NCBI GenBank assembly: GCA_010405405.1
Contig: MU004231.1
Coordinates: 3,280,401-3,344,400, forward strand
Direction of reading: 5' to 3'
Length of the DNA: 64,000 nucleotides
Origin: Microthyrium microscopicum
Taxonomy: Eukaryota
Shown here: in pieces, positions 24,716-35,456 of the stretch
How positions within the stretch are numbered: position 1 is the first letter of the stretch
How the letters are laid out: the number at the start of each line of letters is the position of its first letter
Made by a program: the position numbers and the translations under genes
The notes under the pieces: model-generated
Told to the model about the DNA's origin: nothing
The model's input: the letters and a program-made list of their open reading frames with translations, nothing else
Database searches by the model: none

Positions 24716-27700
24716 CTACAACACAACCTGCTTAACCTCGTCTTTCGCAGCCAACGTAGCTTCGCCCGCCTGTACTGCATGCGTTTCCTGAATCGCCTGC
24801 GAACCGCTACTCTCTGCCTCAGCCGGAACTACTTTCTGCTCCTTATCTCTCTCCTTGTCCACAACAACACCCCTTCGTTCCCCAAAGTTATGCAACCGTT
24901 CACCAATCAAATACACCTCATCTCTTATACGTCCGCGCCATCTACCAACCGCGCGGCCAAGCACGTAAACTAGCCAGAGGTTTAACGCACCTGCCAACGC
25001 TGCTGGATATGCCATACGCAGGACTTTCTTCTGCTCCTCGTCTAGGTCCCACCCTCCTGTTGTCTTCATCATAAGCGCCAACGAAGCTGCCGGCACTAGT
25101 GGAAGCGCACCTAGCAGTGAAAAAGCGAGGATGGCTGGTAATATGATAGCGCGGGTGGCTAGACGGGCATCAGGCGCCAGAATGCCATTACGCATAAGGG
25201 CAACGAGAAGGCGGTGTGGCGCGGAGTTTGGTGGCGCGGCGAGGATGAAATGTGATACTATGCGGAGGTAGAGTAGGCCAAGGGTCCAGTCTTGAATAAG
25301 GTTGATAAAGTGTGGTGATGCGGTAGGTACGAGGGTAGAGTGTAAAGGTGCGAGGATGTAGAGTTCAAGGAGAATGGCGAGAAGGATGGGAAGACCAATG
25401 GCTATCGTGGTGTAGACGTACAGAGTGGAGAGTACGCGGGCGGAAAAGCGCAAGATGATGTAGAGCGTGGAGAGATGGATAGAAGCACGGGCGAGTGTGC
25501 TGCGAGCGAAAGATGTGATCTTTGGGAGATGAATGGCGGTATATATTATGCCGCCCATAAAGTAAATGCCGAGGGAGAAGGCGTAGATGTCGTTGGGTTT
25601 CGTGGGGGCTGGCATCCAGATGGAGAAGAGGAAGCGGCCCAAGAGGAGAGGGAGAATGGTAATAGATATGCCAGTGACGGCGGCGAATATCCAGATTGCT
25701 AGGACAAAGATGCCGATGCGAGTCTTGAACCATGGCGGGATGTAGACGAGAGTGACTAGTGGAGAGTTTTTGTTGTGGAGACCCTCGTCGGCTTCTCCGT
25801 CTAGGCGATTGTTGTCCTTGTCAACTTCCAAGAATACTGGAGCTCCCTTAGGTATCCTAATCTGATCCGAAGCTGGTACTCTCGCATATCGACCGTCCGG
25901 TATCCAATCAGAGGTGGAATCAGTTAAATCAGCTGCAACGCTGGAAGCACTTGATGGCCGACCAGTAGATGCTTCGACTGCTTCATTACTGGGCTCGACT
26001 GCTTCTTTGCTGGGTTCGACTACGTCGCTACCGGTTTCGACTGTTACGCTGCTAGCTTCGACTGCCTCATCACTCGTCTCTTCATCCAAAGGTTGGGGGG
26101 TGACCTTCCTGTCAGTCCCGCGAATCCATTCCAGCCAAGTCAGATCAGGGTAATATCCTTCTTCATCCTCGTGGCGTTCATTGAACAGAAAATTGGAGAG
26201 CCTCAGAGCTCTTGCACACCGTCTAAACCACCACTGGTACATGGCATGCAATCCATCAGTAGGTTTTGTGTACCGTACAACGAAAGGAGTAAGAAAGTTG
26301 AAGAACAGTATATCCAGCGGAAACTCTCTCTCGGATTCGCTCGACGACCAGTGAATTGGTAGGACGTTACTTGAGCCTGCGCCAAGGCTCCATACCACAC
26401 CGCCCAGACAGACAACAATCAACGTGCCATATACGACTGCACTAAAGGCGATCTTTCGGAGTTGAACGGTGACTGGGCGTTCCAACACATCTCTAACTGG
26501 ATGGAAAGTCGGATCGTCTGGATCGCGGATGAAGTAGAGAACGCCATTACGCATTATCTTACGACACATGGATACGAATAGTGCAAAGTGGAACATATAA
26601 CATGTACCCACGAACCAATGCACAAATCCAGATATCCAAGGAGAATTGTAAGTAAAGGATAACCGGCTGCTGATGCTGGAGTTTTCGAATAGTGGAAGTA
26701 GAGCCAGGTCTAGAAGGAAGCCACAGAACAGAGGGAATGCAATCATTTCAATGCTAATGATGAAAATGACTTTGCAAACACCGCCTGCTTGTTTGATGAC
26801 TTCCACAAGAGCAAGTTCGAAGCGTTTTGACTTGGTGGAAGTTGTGATGGGAGCGAGATATGCCACGTAAAATGCTGCAGCCAAAGCAACAACTGCATAT
26901 CCTACCAGTATTGTAATAGCTCGGTCTTTGGCACTCCAGTATGCTAAAGTCTTGTCTGCGATCGGAATAGGTTCTCCCAGTGAGAATGATATGGTTCCAG
27001 TCTTGAAAATGCTTTCTAGACCGGTAAGTATGGTTTGAAGGTATTGTTTTGCGGCATTCCATAGCCATACTGGTGTCGTAGTCAAAAGATTGATGGTTTC
27101 TGTCATCTGGATATCGCTAATGGAAAGCCTGTTGAGTGAACGAAGTTGTGAGGCAATAAATCGGAAGACCCAAAAGAACCAATCTTTGAAATTGACAAGA
27201 GTAGCATGGGAAGACAAGGACATTTCCAGAGTTGCTGAAGAATCCACAACGGCGACTCCAAAAGATTTGACCGAGCCCAAGAGTCTGTCACCCGCCCGAA
27301 GTGCTACGCCTTTCAGTGGCTCCTGACTACCATCCCTCAGAAAGAGTAACAGTTTAGATGCGTAGTATGAGATCAGGCCTCCGTTGAACAGAAGAAAATC
27401 TCCAAGAAAATCCGCTACCGAGGAAACGAATTGAAGTGGTACAAACCAGATGAGCATGGGATTGCCCAGGAAGAACAACTCTAATTTTCCTAGCATGTAC
27501 GGAGCTTGTACGATGCCCATGATGGTTGCTGTTATCAACAAAGCGCTGAAAATGGCGTTTTGGAACAGACCGATGAGAGGACCTTGCATACCGATCAGTT
27601 CGAGAATACCTTCCAGATCTTCTGCATCATCAGCTGCATCGGCGTCATTGGCTTCGTCTTCTAAGGCATCCATGATAGCATCATTGCCCACGGGAGGCGG

Positions 27701-29476
27701 TAAATTTTGAGCTGGAAGGACGGGTTGGGCGTCAGCAAATGGCACAAATGGTTCCTCGTCAGCCAAATCGCGAACAACATGTTCATCGTTTCGATCGGAC
27801 TCATCATCAGTGTCTGGAGGAGGTGTAATGTCACCCCAGAACCAATGCAACCAAGCTCCAAGCCGGCCACGTTCTGCTTCTAATCTTGCATTCTGCTGAT
27901 TTAATTCATCCGGAGTAGGCAATGCCGGACCAAAGATTGGGCCTTGATCTAGATCATCAACACCCAGATCTGTCGTTTGAGGTTCCGTTGCATTCACGAC
28001 ATGTAATGGGGCGTCTTCCATCGCAGCTATGGGTTCCTCTTCCGCTTGGACTTGAGGCTCTGAGCCAATTGCGGTAGGTAATGCCTCGGATTCTGAAAGT
28101 GACTCATGTGGAACGTTCTGAGAGGCAACAGGCGCAGTATCCGAGCTTGGATGTTCGTCTTCTGGGCCAGCATGGGCCGGCTCCTTCCCCTTTGCTGACA
28201 CTGCGGAGTCATCAGCATGTATGTACGGATTCTGATGCAATGGAGAGTCGGGACTATCTGGTCGCCAGATCATTCGTTGAGTTCCGGGCCACTCAGGAGC
28301 GGGAACCGCCGCTGGAACAAGTGCGGCGTCAGATTCGTTGGTTTCCTGCTCTTGCGAAAAAACACCTGTTGGTTCTGGATCTTGAATATCATCCAACGAT
28401 GGTAAGCCACCAGCGTCTGATGTATTCGGAGCTTCGGAGCCGTCAGATGGCTGACTAGGCGGCGTGGGAACTGGAATCTCGTCGTCACTACTGGTATCAT
28501 CAAGATCGTCTTCCAGCTGCGGGCCACTATCGTCACTCTCCCAATCCAAGTCGACATGATCCAGTTCGTTATTTATTCGTTGAAGTGCATCAAAAGCAGG
28601 AGGCATTCCATTATTGGCATCCGCGTCCATTCCAAGCATAGGTTGTTGCTGTATTACCCACTCTCTGATGAGGAAGACCAGAATAAAGGCAATCACGACA
28701 CAGAGAGTGATCATTAAACCTTCCAAGATGTCCATAACTGATCGATTGAATGCGGCGGATGAGGTGAGCTCTCTGAAAAAGCGAACGTCAGAGAGAACCG
28801 AGCTGTATTTCTGGCGTATCAATTGATGAGCAGTATTGTTGGAAGTCGAATTGGTATTCATTGCAATATAAAGCTCACGCTCGGAGGAGACAGTGGCTCC
28901 TATGACGAGAGATTTGAAGATGCGATAGAAAAGGGGCGCTGCCGTGGTGTCGGTATTGTTACTACGCGAGGATCTAAAGGTTGGTAGAGTCCATGCCGAG
29001 GAGTTGGCTACGGTAGCTGGTGGTAATGAGGATGACCATGTTGATTCGATTTCAAAGGTACGAGCCCATCCAGAGTCGGCCATCCAGAACAGAAAGCGCC
29101 AGCTACTGCGCATAGCCCAAGGAAGGAAGACCAGCCATACGGAGAAGACTAAGACTGCTCTGAAATATAAGGCTATCTGGGAGAGGAAATGCATGGCAGC
29201 GCGACGAAAGAATACACCGGTAGGTAGGCTGCGGGGCATATGAGGATGGTAGAGTTTGGTGAAGCGAAATGGTGTTTTGCAGAGTTCGCAGTATTTCTTT
29301 TGGGAGTGTGATAGCCATTCCATCAAGCAGTCTTGGTGGACGTACTTGATGCTTCCGCTACATTTGCATGGATAGAATAGAGGTTCTTCCTTGGAGCCCT
29401 CGCCGCGACATATTCGACATGTATCCGGGTCGACCGAGTCGGGGAGGACAGCGGATTGGGCGTCTACGGAAGACAT
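24716..29476 (-). CDS. DOA10: ERAD E3 ubiquitin ligase Doa10/Ssm4 (MARCH6), 1586 aa, single exon
   Basis: N-terminal RING-CH CRICRGEG...PLFYPCKCSGSIKYVHQDCLMEWL...CELC, TD-domain FIRDPDDPTFHPVRDVLER, many TM helices and C-terminal IRDEVYLIGERLHN. Confidence 0.97.
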   Translation of the reverse strand: MSSVDAQSAVLPDSVDPDTCRICRGEGSKEEPLFYPCKCSGSIKYVHQDCLMEWLSHSQKKYCELCKTPFRFTKLYHPHMPRSLPTGVFFRRAAMHFLSQIALYFRAVLVFSVWLVFLPWAMRSSWRFLFWMADSGWARTFEIESTWSSSLPPATVANSSAWTLPTFRSSRSNNTDTTAAPLFYRIFKSLVIGATVSSERELYIAMNTNSTSNNTAHQLIRQKYSSVLSDVRFFRELTSSAAFNRSVMDILEGLMITLCVVIAFILVFLIREWVIQQQPMLGMDADANNGMPPAFDALQRINNELDHVDLDWESDDSGPQLEDDLDDTSSDDEIPVPTPPSQPSDGSEAPNTSDAGGLPSLDDIQDPEPTGVFSQEQETNESDAALVPAAVPAPEWPGTQRMIWRPDSPDSPLHQNPYIHADDSAVSAKGKEPAHAGPEDEHPSSDTAPVASQNVPHESLSESEALPTAIGSEPQVQAEEEPIAAMEDAPLHVVNATEPQTTDLGVDDLDQGPIFGPALPTPDELNQQNARLEAERGRLGAWLHWFWGDITPPPDTDDESDRNDEHVVRDLADEEPFVPFADAQPVLPAQNLPPPVGNDAIMDALEDEANDADAADDAEDLEGILELIGMQGPLIGLFQNAIFSALLITATIMGIVQAPYMLGKLELFFLGNPMLIWFVPLQFVSSVADFLGDFLLFNGGLISYYASKLLLFLRDGSQEPLKGVALRAGDRLLGSVKSFGVAVVDSSATLEMSLSSHATLVNFKDWFFWVFRFIASQLRSLNRLSISDIQMTETINLLTTTPVWLWNAAKQYLQTILTGLESIFKTGTISFSLGEPIPIADKTLAYWSAKDRAITILVGYAVVALAAAFYVAYLAPITTSTKSKRFELALVEVIKQAGGVCKVIFIISIEMIAFPLFCGFLLDLALLPLFENSSISSRLSFTYNSPWISGFVHWFVGTCYMFHFALFVSMCRKIMRNGVLYFIRDPDDPTFHPVRDVLERPVTVQLRKIAFSAVVYGTLIVVCLGGVVWSLGAGSSNVLPIHWSSSESEREFPLDILFFNFLTPFVVRYTKPTDGLHAMYQWWFRRCARALRLSNFLFNERHEDEEGYYPDLTWLEWIRGTDRKVTPQPLDEETSDEAVEASSVTVETGSDVVEPSKEAVEPSNEAVEASTGRPSSASSVAADLTDSTSDWIPDGRYARVPASDQIRIPKGAPVFLEVDKDNNRLDGEADEGLHNKNSPLVTLVYIPPWFKTRIGIFVLAIWIFAAVTGISITILPLLLGRFLFSIWMPAPTKPNDIYAFSLGIYFMGGIIYTAIHLPKITSFARSTLARASIHLSTLYIILRFSARVLSTLYVYTTIAIGLPILLAILLELYILAPLHSTLVPTASPHFINLIQDWTLGLLYLRIVSHFILAAPPNSAPHRLLVALMRNGILAPDARLATRAIILPAILAFSLLGALPLVPAASLALMMKTTGGWDLDEEQKKVLRMAYPAALAGALNLWLVYVLGRAVGRWRGRIRDEVYLIGERLHNFGERRGVVVDKERDKEQKVVPAEAESSGSQAIQETHAVQAGEATLAAKDEVKQVVL

Positions 29477-30302
29477 TGTGAGGATGGAAAGGAGGAATGT
29501 GTTACATGAGCGAGATGGAGGAAAAGTTGCGGACTAGTGGGCCATTGATGGTTGTATTTGAAGAGATCAAGTGTTGGTCGGCTGGCTATGGTAGTGGGAA
29601 TAGCATGGCAGGCGTTTGCGGGAGCCAAGCGTGTTGGGCGCAAAGAAGCACGGGGAATGAAAGGATATGCGCAAGTGGTGGAGTGGAGGCTTTGAGGAGA
29701 TATTGTTCAAGAAGTGAAGATGTTGATATAGAAGTTGGAGATAGGCTAGAAGTGGTATGTGGTGATGCCCGTGGGTATGAAAACGCCACATGCATGTACC
29801 GGAGGTAGTTGCGACCGACAGCTTAAAATGTAGACAAGGCAAGAGCAAGGCAACGACTGGCAAGTGCAATGGACAAAAGGTGCAGGTACAATGCAGATAA
29901 AGGTAGGAACGATCTATCGATGAGCAGGCGCGTCCCAGTGTGTCCAGTTGAACCTTCCCTGCTTATAATTTAGAGGTAGTGATTGGCTTCTGACGCGATG
30001 GACAATTTTGGTACGCGAATCTGGACCAGTCGTTCTTTCCCCAGCCGTGCCAACCTCTTGCTCCAGTTAAAAAAAAAACCAGCGAGTATCAAAGGCCAAG
30101 GCGCGTAAATCTTTTCATCTTTTTATTCCATCTATTCTATTCTTTATTTACGCGTCAATGTTTATACTTGTCGTCCTTACTACCAAGACCTGCTCTACAC
30201 CTTGACAGTTGACAATTACTAGTTCGACAGGCCTTTCTCTTGGCTTGCATGTGCCTTCCTTGTACACGCCAGTAGCCAGTAGCCAGTAGCCTGATCTTTT
30301 CT

Positions 30303-30310
30303 TGACGTCA
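30303..30310. promoter_or_regulatory. Perfect CRE/ATF palindrome TGACGTCA in the DOA10 / KDEL-protein divergent promoter
   Basis: Exact bZIP consensus site about 350 bp upstream of the ATG at 30657. Function is untested. Confidence 0.35.
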
Positions 30311-30656
30311 GTCATCCTAACCTCTCCAACCAAGACTCTCCGTCCCTGCAGTCCCAGTTCACTGCACCAAGCAAGACTCTGGCAACACTCAACACCAACA
30401 ACTTCCCCAACTTCCTCTCTCCAACACCATCACCACTATCCATCTCTCCCCCTCTCCTGCTTCTCCCCGCCAGCTCCACACATGCTGTCCTTGGTCTCGA
30501 ATCCACTCCCATCTGTGTCAAAACCCCTACAACACAATCAACAACCTTAAACCCCACTTCGTCCTACCCTATCTCTCGCTATCGCCAACAAACAGAGCGT
30601 CAACACTCTACCTTTTTCCTCAACCTGCACACCCGTTTTCCGACAGCACCATATCC

Positions 30657-33600
30657 ATGGACGCCGATACGGCTCCTGCTGTCCATGCTAATGGCAGTGC
30701 CCTTGACAAGCCTGCCCAAAACGGCCATGTCGTACCTTCCAAGAAATCTCTTTTAAGAAAGAAGAAAAAGTCAAGCTTCATATCTAGACTTTCCTCAAAC
30801 TCTCTAAGGTGAGTTCACCGGCTTGTATATCTGTTTGATACTAACAGGTCAATTAGAATTATCCTTTGGTCAACAATCCTTTACGTTGTATTCCGATGTC
30901 CTAGCGATTCAAACGATCAATCTTCATTGGTCTGCAAGCAGTATTCCGATCTTCGATCACGCCTCACTCCTCATATCGAGCCCCATTATAATTCATATGT
31001 CAAGCCATATGTCGACAAGGCCGAACCACATATCCAGCGATTCCAACAACAAGTTTACACTCCAACATCAGACTATGTCCTGAAGAATTATAACACCTAT
31101 GCCGCACCCAAAGTCATTCAAGTCCAGCAATACACTTCTTCGGAATGGGAGGGCACTGTTCAACCAAAATTATTGGCAGGGCAAAAGTGGGCGTACACTC
31201 AGTACGATCAAAATCTTGCTCCACATGTTTCCAAAGTCACTCATTTATCGGCACCCTATGTCACCAAGATCCAGGACGAACTTTCCGAGGTTTATGATCG
31301 TACTTTGATCCCATGGTATCAAAAGGCACAGCCATATGCTCAGCGTGTGTACACTGATACCCACTATGTTGCAACAGAGCTGGTTCTGCCTCATGTTCAA
31401 CGAGCTAGTACAACCACAACGTCTGTCTTCTATCGCAAGATTTGGCCGACCCTGGTCATTCTTTATGGTGAAAATGTCGAACCTCAGATCACTAGAATCA
31501 TTGAGAGACTTGGTCGCTACAAAGACTCTAGAAAACTGCAGGCTGCAGTTGAAATTGACGATCTTTCTGCCTCCATTACCTCTGTGGTAGCAAGCGCTTC
31601 GTCTGCTGCTTCATCATCCTCTGTCTCTTTGAGCTCGCCAGATTCGGCTGTCACATCTACCCCAAATGACTCAACCCGCGCTGAGAACGAAGCTTCTGTT
31701 CGTGAACAAATCGAGTCCGATCTTAAGCGATGGCAGGAAAAATTTGCCAAAGCAGCTGACAAGGGAGCTGAGGATCTCAAGGAGCGCGTTTCTGAAATTA
31801 CAGCTCGTCAAATCAACTCTCAAGCACATGGCGTGGGCAAAGCACTTGTAGTACAGCTCGACAACACAGTAAACACGTCATTCCGAGACCTTAAGACTTC
31901 CATCAACAACTCTATTGCCAAGCTACCAACTGATGCTCCCGAAGATGAAGAGAAAGAGGTTCGAACATCACTCGAAGATCGCATTCGATCCACTGGTGAC
32001 CAGATTCGTACCAAAGCTGTTGCAGTGCGCTCATGGAAACAAAATTACGACAACGAGACGCAACAGCTAATAGGTTCTGCTCTCGATTCGACCCTTGACG
32101 TAATCGACAATATTCGCGAACTTGGACTTCAGGAAATTGGCCTTCGTTGGGCTTCCCTCGAAGGCGTCACATACAAGGACTGGTCCAAGTATCGGGACCT
32201 TAAGCAGAGTTTCGACGAATGGCGTCAAGGTGTCGAGGCAGTTGCTCTGAAACATGATGGCATCCGAGCAGCTCAAGACGAGGGCAATGCAGTTCAAGAG
32301 CAAGCAATGGAACTCGTGGGTAATGCTGCCAAAGAACTCAAGCGCTTGAAAGGTGTTGTTGAATGGAAGATTGCCGCCCACGACTCCTCAGACGACTTTA
32401 GTACTCGAGTGGTTCCTCCAAAGGCAGCCAAGGTCGTCAAGGAGGCTTATTCTACTGCAAAAGAAAGCTTGAAGAGCGTGGTAGGACAAGAAACCTCCGA
32501 ATCTGGTGTGCTTGATAGTGCTACTTCAAAAGCACATGACGTTGTCGGTAGCATCAAAGCCGCCCCGTCATCCGTGTCAAGCGCCTTTTCAGATGACTCG
32601 AAATCTATACAGTCAAAGGTCGACGAAGCTATCTCAGTTGCCAGCTCGAGTTCAATCCCGCCAAAGGTTTGGGGAGGAGCTGCCGCAGCTTTCGTTGAGG
32701 CTCGAGAGGTTGTCTTGGATGACGATATAGAATATGAATGGTCGGATCAGATCCACAGTATTCTCGACGCTGCCGCCGATAAAGGCTCTGACCTCCGAAA
32801 CGCCTTGTCCAGCGCCATTTTCAGACCTACTCCTACTCAAGGAGCCGTGGAATCTCTCAGATCAGTGGGTAATGAACAGTATGCTCGTGGTCTATCTGCT
32901 GCTTCCAGTGTTTTGTATGGAACTCCTCAAGCGGCAACTGCGAGTTTGTCCAGTGTAGCAGCCGACAAGCTAGCGGCAGCTGTCACAGCGTAAGTCGGTT
33001 CGCATCGAATTCTGAGATTTCAACTAACAACCTTTAGTGCCTCTTATGCTATCTACGGAACCCCCGCGCCAATACATGAATCGATTGCATCTCAAGCTGT
33101 CTCTGGATACAGTACTGCAGCAACTCAAGCTCAGAATGCTCTTTCCTCCGTTTCAGCAGCTGCCTCCAGTCGACTGGCGGAAAGCCTTAGCGGGGTGTCC
33201 GAGCAATATACCAAGGCTAGACTTGCTGTTGGTTTACAACCTCCACCTCTACACAAACAGTATCTTACAGCTGCCGAACTCAAGTACTATGAGGGCATTG
33301 GACGAGCACATGAGCAGTACAGTCGCTTTGTTGATGCGGCATCCACGGCTGTTTATGGAACACCAACACCATACTATCAGCAAAAGGCAAGTGAGGTCTC
33401 AGCCAACATCCTTGGGACACCCTCCCCAGCTTACCAGAGTATGCTCTCCGTTGCTACAAACCAATACAGCGACGCGGTATCTACCGCAAAGGCCAAGTTG
33501 GCCGATATTCAGGCTTCTGCAAGCTCCATGATGGGCATGAGCAGCGATTCTCCTGGCAAGAAAATGCTCGCTTCAGCTTCTTCTGAATATGATGCTGCCT

Positions 33601-34538
33601 TTACAGTTGCTTCCAACGGACTAGCGAGCGCAGCATCAGTTGCACGTGAAAAGATATATGGCACCGAGCCTGGAGTCGCCAAATCGCTTGCTTCAGCTGC
33701 CAGTGAACAAGTTTGGGGTACAGAACCTGCATGGAACGAAGCTTTAGCTGCCAAGGCATCGTCAAACTTCAACGATCTCATTGCTAAAGCTAGCTCGCAA
33801 ATATATGGCACTCCCACACCTGTGGCCCAATCTGTGTGGAGCCAGGCCAACGATTATGCTGCGCAAGCAACTGAAGCTGCCGCATCTCACTATGACGCCG
33901 TGCGCGCCATTGTCTCCGAGCTTGTCGTCGGAAAGGAGCCCGACTTTACAGAAAGTGTCATGGCCCGATTCAGCGATGCTTACTATACCGGTTTTGGCGC
34001 TGCGGCTGCTTCAGCCTCCAGCATTGCAAGCGAGGGTGCTGCTTCGGCATCTAGCTTTGCTGGGGAGGCATATGGCTCGGCGTCTAGTGTGGCCAGCGTG
34101 GCATATGATTCGGCATCGTCTGTGGCTGCCGCCATCTTCACACCACCTGCCGCCCTCGAAGGAATATTTGACACTGCCAATTCTCAGTTCCAAGCAGTTG
34201 CGGATGCTGCAAGCATCAAAATCTACGGAACTGAGCCATCGTATCTCGAGGCTGCCCAAAGCAGTGTTTCAGCCGCAGCCTCAAGTGCCCAAAACGCTGC
34301 GAGCGTGGCTATCTTCGGCACACCGACTGGGGTAGCAGAAGCAGCGGCGAGCTCGGTGGCAAGCGTCGCTAGTGCTGCATCTGTGGCAGCATGGGGTCCT
34401 GAGCAGAGCTCTTGGGAAAGCGTTTCCAGCAGAATCGCCGTCGCAGCGGCCAGTGCCAGTGCAAGTCTGGTTAGTGCGGTGGATGCAGCCCGCGAAACGG
34501 TACAGAGTGCTGTTGGAGGTGCCAAGGATGAATTGTAA
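30657..34538 (+). CDS. Large ER membrane protein with N-terminal TM, coiled coils, Ala/Ser-rich YGTP repeats and C-terminal KDEL (She10/Osw7-related Pezizomycotina family); introns 30809-30856 and 32990-33037
   Basis: Splicing gives a basic patch, then TM IILWSTILYVVFRCP...LVCK, then ELGLQEIGLRWASLEGVTYKDWSKY, then the repeat region, ending GGAKDEL*. Family assignment is from motif memory. Confidence 0.8.
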
Positions 34539-35154
34539 TTTCATCAACAACGTTGAAGGAATAGACTTGATTGAATATTGAAAGTCTATGGCATCAAAAA
34601 GTAGAAGCAAAGACTGAACAAAAAGACACACATACGACCACGTTAGGGCGATCTTTACAGACACGATCACTCCCATATACTACTTACTTTTCATGAAACA
34701 TTCTACACGACATACACGACGACGTGCTCAGGCGAAAAATTGTACAGTCAAGAAGGAGGGACATGTTCCAACTATGGCTTACAGACATCTCACGATGGGC
34801 CTTTTTTCTTCTTTTGCTTTTTTTTTTTACCAAACTCATGCGATACCCACTTCCGTTCGTTCAGTGCCTGCCTTTTTATTGTTCTGTTGTCGCGCTTGTT
34901 TTGACCGCTTGTTCTGTCTATGATCTTTAGGTTTGAGGCTGCGATGGGCAAAGACTGTGTATGTGCATTATTCCCCCTTTTTCTTGTGTTTATTCGGATC
35001 TTGGACCTGTGATTATGATGGGCGTTGTACGAATAATTGTTTATAGTGTGGAATTGAAAGATTGATCCGAGTTAATACACTGTGCTTCTGTGACTGATTG
35101 TGATATTACTTGGTTCTTCGGGGACAATATAAGTGAACCGTTTCGACGACTATT

Positions 35155-35287
35155 CCTGTCGATGCCGATGGCTGCCGTAAGATTTCTTAAAGGGTGACTG
35201 CTTTAACTACCATCGTCTTCGATGATCTGCTGGGAAGTAAAGCAGTCGCTCTTTAAGAAGTGCTATGGCAGCCATCGTATCGATAGG
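35155..35287 (+). ncRNA. Candidate structured hairpin RNA (long imperfect inverted repeat, milRNA-precursor-like)
   Basis: Arms 35155-35205 and 35238-35287 form 48 pairs (42 Watson-Crick + 6 G.U) with one 2x2 internal loop and one bulge. The inverted repeat is certain; the RNA function is inferred. Confidence 0.5.
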
Positions 35288-35392
35288 GTCTCCTTCTAAA
35301 CTGCTCACTTATTTTGTTTGCAGAGAGGGGCACGTTTGTGGGTTCGTAGGCTTCGTGAGCTTCGTGGGGATTGGGAATGGCAGGTTATGATT

Positions 35393-35456
35393 GTCGATTG
35401 GCATGGATGACGATTGATATGGATGTCGATTGGTATGGATGTCGGTTGGTATGGAT
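35393..35456. repeat. Tandem repeat, 4 x 16 bp (consensus GTCGATTGGTATGGAT)
   Basis: Units read directly: gtcgattggcatggat, gacgattgatatggat, gtcgattggtatggat, gtcggttggtatggat. Confidence 0.9.

Noticed and set aside
25970..26070. Peptide repeat VEPSKEAVEPSNEAVEAS within DOA10
   Set aside because: Low-complexity slippage in a variable loop with no sign of separate function.
34630..34690. ACATACGACCA, identical to the 5' end of many ascomycete 5S rRNAs
   Set aside because: The similarity stops after 11 nt, there is no internal control region or 3' stem, and it lies in a 3'UTR.
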